A model generated the notes under the pieces. It had not been told where the DNA came from. It did not search any database and saw nothing but the letters and a program-made list of their open reading frames with translations. A program made the translations under genes and the position numbers. 64,000 bases of DNA from an uncultured Haloferula sp. (lineage in GTDB: Bacteria > Verrucomicrobiota > Verrucomicrobiia > Verrucomicrobiales > Akkermansiaceae), in NCBI GenBank assembly GCA_965652295.1, contig CBFGTS010000001.1, forward strand, positions 224,001 through 288,000. The letters run 5' to 3'. Every line of letters begins with the position of its first letter. Positions within the stretch are counted from its first letter, which is position 1. Of this stretch, positions 59,744-64,000 are shown piece after piece.

Positions 59744-60640
59744 ATGAACCTCTGGAGACGCGGCCTTGAGCTGGCGAAGCGATGGTTCGCCGCTTGGAGG
59801 GAGGCGGAAACGCTGATGCAGGCGGCGGCGATCGCGTTTTACGCGGCTTTGTCGCTGGTGCCGCTGCTGCTGTTCCTGCTCGCGGGGGTCGGCTGGTTCT
59901 TCGAGTTCGCGGCGCGGGGTCAGAGCGCGCGGGCAGAGGTGCTGGGGATCACCGCTCGACAGCTTTCGCCGGAGCTGAGCGAGGCGCTCGACCGGGTGCT
60001 GGCGAGCCTCCAGGCGAGCGCCCTCTCCAACGGGCCGATTGCCTTCGCCGGCTTCGTGCTCACGGCGTCGTTGGTGTTTCACCAGATTGACGTGGCCTTC
60101 GCGAGGATCTGGAAAACAGGGGAGCCGGTGCATCCTCCCGGCTGGTGGATGAAGGCGCGGTCCTTCGCCTTGGCGCGGCTGCGGGCGCTGGTCCTGCTGT
60201 TCGCGCTGGTGATGGTGATCGTGGCTGTCTTTGTGGGCGGGCTCGTGCTGCGCGGGATTTCCGAGGCTGCCGAGCGGTTTGTTCCCCACGTGGATTTTCT
60301 CTCATCGGCAGGCACGGTGGCGATCGGGATGGGGATCAACCTGATCGTCTTTTCCGCGCTCTACCGGTTTCTTTCGAAGCGGAAGGTGACCTGGCGGGCG
60401 TGCGGGATCGCTGCGGCGCTGGCGGCGGTGTGTTGGGAAATCGGCAGCCGGGCATTGGTCGATCTCTCTCTGGGCGCGAAGTACGATGCCTATGGAATGG
60501 TGGGCTCGGTACTGATCGTGCAGCTCTGGGTTTTCTACAACGCGGTGGTGCTGCTGAGCGGCGCGGTGCTGGTGAAGACCCTGACGGCGGCTCAGACCGA
60601 GGCGGCCAGCGAGGGGGCGGCTTCGAGGAAATCCGGGTAG
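59744..60640 (+). CDS. YihY/virulence factor BrkB family membrane protein
   Basis: AAAIAFYAALSLVP, AYG.VGSV...LWVFY. Confidence 0.85.
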   Translation: MNLWRRGLELAKRWFAAWREAETLMQAAAIAFYAALSLVPLLLFLLAGVGWFFEFAARGQSARAEVLGITARQLSPELSEALDRVLASLQASALSNGPIAFAGFVLTASLVFHQIDVAFARIWKTGEPVHPPGWWMKARSFALARLRALVLLFALVMVIVAVFVGGLVLRGISEAAERFVPHVDFLSSAGTVAIGMGINLIVFSALYRFLSKRKVTWRACGIAAALAAVCWEIGSRALVDLSLGAKYDAYGMVGSVLIVQLWVFYNAVVLLSGAVLVKTLTAAQTEAASEGAASRKSG

Positions 60641-61431
60641 GCGGGTTTCCAGCCGGAGGCGAGGAGGCGGGCGTTGCTCACGCGTTTGTGGGTCCAGCCG
60701 CGCTTGCGATGGGGATCCCGCGGGACAAAAGGAGGCAGGGGCTTGCCGAAAAGCTCCGCGAGCCCCTGATAGGTGTGGAGCTGGCTGCGGGGAAAGGAGT
60801 CGCTGACATTCCAGATGCCGGAGGCCAGCGGCCGCGTGGCGGCGTGCAGCATGGCGTTGGCGGCGTCGTCGCGGTGGATCTGGTTCACGAAACGGCGGCC
60901 GTCGTCTTCGATGCCGGCCCCGCCGTTCAGGAACTTTCTCAAAAGATAACTACGATGGGGGCCGTAGAGGCCGGCGAGGCGGAAAACGATGCCGTGGTGG
61001 GCGAGGACGAGATCCTCGGTTTCGCGGAGCACCCGGCCCGTCTCGCGGTCGGGCTCGGCCGGGCTTTCTTCGGTGACCGTCGAACCATCGGTCTGGGCGT
61101 AGACGGAGGTCGAGGAGGTGAAGAGGAGCGGGGGCCCGGGAAAGTGATCGAGAAGGTGGCGGCAGCCATCGAGGAAGACCGAGCGGTAGGCCCCGGCACC
61201 GCCGCCGCCGGAGGACGCGCAGTGGATGACGAAATCGGGTGCGGGGATGCTGGAGGCGAGGTCGGCGATGCTTTCGGCCGAGGCGAGGTCGGCGGTGAGT
61301 TCGGTGGCACCGTTCTCCGACGGCAGCGAAAGACTGCGGGAGACGGCGGTGACCTGCCAGCCGGCGGCGAGGAAATCCCGCGAGACCGCCTGGCCGAGGT
61401 AACCGTGGCCGCAGAGGAGGAGGTGTTTCAT
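60592..61431 (-). CDS. NAD-dependent epimerase/dehydratase (YeeZ-like SDR)
   Basis: GHGYLG, SSTSVY, RLAGLYGP, NQIHRDD, KRVSNARL. Confidence 0.85.
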   Translation of the reverse strand: MKHLLLCGHGYLGQAVSRDFLAAGWQVTAVSRSLSLPSENGATELTADLASAESIADLASSIPAPDFVIHCASSGGGGAGAYRSVFLDGCRHLLDHFPGPPLLFTSSTSVYAQTDGSTVTEESPAEPDRETGRVLRETEDLVLAHHGIVFRLAGLYGPHRSYLLRKFLNGGAGIEDDGRRFVNQIHRDDAANAMLHAATRPLASGIWNVSDSFPRSQLHTYQGLAELFGKPLPPFVPRDPHRKRGWTHKRVSNARLLASGWKPAYPDFLEAAPSLAASV

Positions 61432-61432
61432 A

Positions 61433-62731
61433 TCAGTCGGTGGCGGGCGGCCGGGCGGCGCGGTAGTAACGTTCCAGTCCGAGTGCCACGGCGCGGGCGT
61501 ATTCGCGGAAGATCGAGGGGCGCTGTTTTCCCGCCACTTCGCGCAGGCCTTCGTAGTCGCCGGCCTGGATGCGGGCGTAATCTTCCTCTGAGTTCATCAC
61601 GTAGGGTTCCAGATACACCACCGGTGCTTCGTAGAGGCGATTGGCCAGAAGATTACGACCCCAGAGGTAAGGATTGCCGGCGACGTTGACGGCCCGGTTC
61701 GAGTTGGTTTCGTAAAAGAACGGCGGCAGGTCGGTCAGCTCGGTGAAGGCCTTGATGACACTCAGGCTCGCCGCGGTTTCCTCCGCATGGCTGCCATCGA
61801 GGATGTGGCGGGCGATTTGGAACCGTTGGTCGGCCAAAGTGATTTCGGTGGACGTGTAGGCTCCGTTGACGAGCAGGTGGAGGTGGTTTCCGGAAACCAG
61901 GGTGGGTGCGGCGGGATCGCCCCAGGGCTCGGCGTTGAAGTGAATGCAGACGACGAGGTCCGGCCGGATCTCGGTGTTGATTTTGGTGGCGCGGGCGTGG
62001 ATTTCCGCCGTGCGGTAGAACAAGCGCTCGGCGAGCTGGGTGGGGGTTTCCAGAACGGAAACGGCGGCTTCGTCGAGAAAGGAGCCGGGCCGGTAACGGG
62101 TGACGGGTTGGTTGCTTTCCCGCACCATGCTGACCTCGGCACCGAGGGCTTCGAGCATCGGCCGCAGCAGCCGGGCGACGTGCAGGGTCATGTCGCCCTC
62201 GGCCACGGGCGGATCGTCGCCGATGCGGAACCAGCGTTCTTCGACCTGCGCCCAGCGCCCGCCGATGTGGCCGGGGTCGAGAGCGACGTGGAGGCCTTCG
62301 AGCGGTTGTGCGGTGGGAGCCGGGCCGAGTTGTGAGGCGGAACGCCACGCCCGGGGGGGCACCACGGGGGTGGTGGAAAAACGCAGATGGTAGGGGCGGT
62401 TGGGGACGCCGGTCTGGATGAGAGCGTCATTTTTCCCGAGCAGGAACCACTCGCGCCAGCCGCGGGAGGTTGTGAAAACCTCGTCGATGAGGCGCACGAA
62501 GTCATCCTTGGGGAGGGTGCTTTGAAAGGAATCAAGACGGCTCCAGTCCGGGGGTTCGGCCAGTTCCGAGAGCCGGAGACCGGGTTCGGACAAGGGGGTG
62601 GGCGACTCCGTTTCCACCGCAGCGGGCGGCGGCGTGGAGGGCGGTGCGGGGGCTCTCCATTTCCACAGCACCACGGCGGCGGCGAGCGCGCCGAGCAGCA
62701 TCAGCGGGAAGGAGGATCGTCGGCCCTTCAT
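61433..62731 (-). CDS. N-acetylmuramoyl-L-alanine amidase (Amidase_3-like), membrane anchored
   Basis: N-terminal TM helix; LDPGHIGG, EG, IHFNA and YLEP zinc/catalytic residues. Confidence 0.75.
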   Translation of the reverse strand: MKGRRSSFPLMLLGALAAAVVLWKWRAPAPPSTPPPAAVETESPTPLSEPGLRLSELAEPPDWSRLDSFQSTLPKDDFVRLIDEVFTTSRGWREWFLLGKNDALIQTGVPNRPYHLRFSTTPVVPPRAWRSASQLGPAPTAQPLEGLHVALDPGHIGGRWAQVEERWFRIGDDPPVAEGDMTLHVARLLRPMLEALGAEVSMVRESNQPVTRYRPGSFLDEAAVSVLETPTQLAERLFYRTAEIHARATKINTEIRPDLVVCIHFNAEPWGDPAAPTLVSGNHLHLLVNGAYTSTEITLADQRFQIARHILDGSHAEETAASLSVIKAFTELTDLPPFFYETNSNRAVNVAGNPYLWGRNLLANRLYEAPVVYLEPYVMNSEEDYARIQAGDYEGLREVAGKQRPSIFREYARAVALGLERYYRAARPPATD

Positions 62732-62785
62732 GGATTTTACTTGGCGGGCATAGGACGGCGGGGTGCGATGGCAGGCAAGCGGAAC

Positions 62786-63598
62786 ATGAACTCCTTGCGC
62801 ATTCTTTTCCTAGGCGATGTGGTCGGCGAGCCCGGACGGTCGGCCGTGATCCGTCACCTGCCCGGCTTGAAAAAGGAACTCGGCATCGGCTTTGCGATCG
62901 TCAATGGCGAGAATGCCGCGGGCGGCCGCGGGATCACGCCGAAGCTGAGCATCGACCTGCTGCGTGCCGGTGCGGCGGTGGTGACCACCGGCGACCACGT
63001 GTGGGACCAGAAGGAGATCGTCGATTACTTCCCCACCGAGCCCCGCCTGTTGCGCCCGCTCAACTACCCGGAAGGCACGCCCGGAGCGGGCTCGGTCGTT
63101 CTGGAAACAGCCGCGGGCAAGGTGGCCGTGCTCCAGGCCCAGGGGCGGACTTTCATGCAGCCGCCGCTGGAGAACCCGTTTCTTGCGCTCGATGAGGCGA
63201 TCGAAGGCCTCCGGACCGACGGGGTGAGGATGATCTTCGTCGATTTCCATGCCGAGACTACCAGCGAGAAAATCGCCATGGGCCGTGCGCTTGATGGCAG
63301 AGCCTCGGTCGTGGTGGGAACCCACACCCACGTCCAGACCGCCGACGAGCGGATTTTCCCGGGCGGGACGGGGTTTCTGACCGATGCCGGGATGTGCGGC
63401 CCGGACGACAGCGTGCTCGGGCGCTCGATCGAATCCGTCGTCTGGAGGTTCCGCGCGAGCATGCCGACCCGCTTTCCCATTGCCGACGGCCCGGTCCGGT
63501 TGTGCGGCGTGATCGCCGACCTTGATCCCGAGAGCGGGCGTTGCGTGGCGATCGAAAGGTTTCAGCGGGTGGTTTCAGAGGCCTCCGAGACAAGCTGA
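62786..63598 (+). CDS. YmdB/TIGR00282 family metallophosphoesterase
   Basis: LFLGDVVG, NGENAAGG.G, TGDH.WD, DFHAETTSEK, GTHTHVQTAD. Confidence 0.92.
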   Translation: MNSLRILFLGDVVGEPGRSAVIRHLPGLKKELGIGFAIVNGENAAGGRGITPKLSIDLLRAGAAVVTTGDHVWDQKEIVDYFPTEPRLLRPLNYPEGTPGAGSVVLETAAGKVAVLQAQGRTFMQPPLENPFLALDEAIEGLRTDGVRMIFVDFHAETTSEKIAMGRALDGRASVVVGTHTHVQTADERIFPGGTGFLTDAGMCGPDDSVLGRSIESVVWRFRASMPTRFPIADGPVRLCGVIADLDPESGRCVAIERFQRVVSEASETS

Positions 63599-63674
63599 GG
63601 CAGCCTCCGGAATCCTTGAAAAATCAAGGCTTCCGGCCTCTTCGCCAGAAATATATTTTCACCCCATATTTTTT

Positions 63675-63702
63675 TTGACAGGGTGGTCGGCTCTGTTAAC
63701 GT
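63675..63702 (+). promoter_or_regulatory. Sigma70-type promoter of the tRNA-Thr/tuf operon
   Basis: TTGACA-16 nt-TAACGT, with an AT-rich UP-like tract upstream and a GC-rich discriminator (CCGCCCCG) downstream. Confidence 0.65.
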
Positions 63703-63817
63703 CCGCCCCGCTCTTCCGGGGGGGTCACCACGGAAGCCGCTTTTCGTCGGGTTCCGCAAGGTTCCAGGCTGAGGTGGCGGAGGTGATGACCCCGAAGGAT
63801 AAGCAATCAGCCGAATC

Positions 63818-63892
63818 GCTTGTGTAGCTCAGGGGTAGAGCACACCCTTGGTAAGGGTGAGGTCGTGGGTTCAATTCCCACCACAAGCTCCA
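63818..63892 (+). tRNA. tRNA-Thr (GGT)
   Basis: Cloverleaf: acceptor GCTTGTG/CACAAGC, anticodon arm CACCC-TTGGTAA-GGGTG, T arm GTGGG-TTCAATT-CCCAC, encoded CCA. Confidence 0.97.
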
Positions 63893-63936
63893 TCGGTTTC
63901 CACTTCATCAGCAGTCCAACGCGAACCACCACCATC

Positions 63937-64000
63937 ATGGCCAAAGAAGCATTCACGCGCAACAAGCCCCACGTCAACGTCGGGACCATCGGTCACGTTG
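63937..64000 (+). CDS. tuf: Elongation factor Tu, 5' end (truncated by the window edge)
   Basis: MAKEAFTRNKPHVNVGTIGHV; follows tRNA-Thr as in thrT-tuf operons. Confidence 0.95.
   Translation, partial: MAKEAFTRNKPHVNVGTIGHV

Noticed and set aside
60592..60640. Convergent gene overlaps (also 1297-1307, 11117-11130, 34817-34823)
   Set aside because: Short tail-to-tail overlaps are common in compact high-GC genomes.
1..64000. CRISPR array, prophage, IS or integrase
   Set aside because: No spaced direct-repeat array and no recombinase, transposase or phage structural motifs were seen.

Overview
High-GC (~65%) chromosomal window from a member of Verrucomicrobiota, most likely Luteolibacter/Haloferula-like. 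This placement is inferred from PEP-CTERM proteins, SHD1-like domains, a Verrucomicrobia-type LexA box and a lineage-typical C-terminal domain. The window holds dispersed glycan-use genes (BNR/sialidase-like, araA, two GH43, GH38, GH35, a 1.5-kaa GH85), housekeeping genes (holA, ald, leuS, rdgB, trmD, queD, ymdB-like, tRNA-Thr(GGT), start of tuf) and two signalling modules. It also has a complete divergent methylmalonyl-CoA cluster (mutase, MeaB, epimerase, Na+-pumping decarboxylase, CoA transferase). I saw no CRISPR array, integrase, transposase or reverse transcriptase. The strongest candidate for a new system is a 172-aa ORF (25075-25593) that carries the motifs of plant Whirly ssDNA-binding proteins in the same order and sits behind a perfect TGTTC-N4-GAACA LexA box, i.e. 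a probable SOS-induced bacterial Whirly. The adjacent leuS has a sharply bounded 270-bp, ~45% GC in-frame patch and an in-frame heptamer-repeat insertion. An orphan CheR is translationally coupled to a hybrid kinase with a Glu/Gln-pair coiled coil. All calls come from recalled motifs, and no database searches were run.
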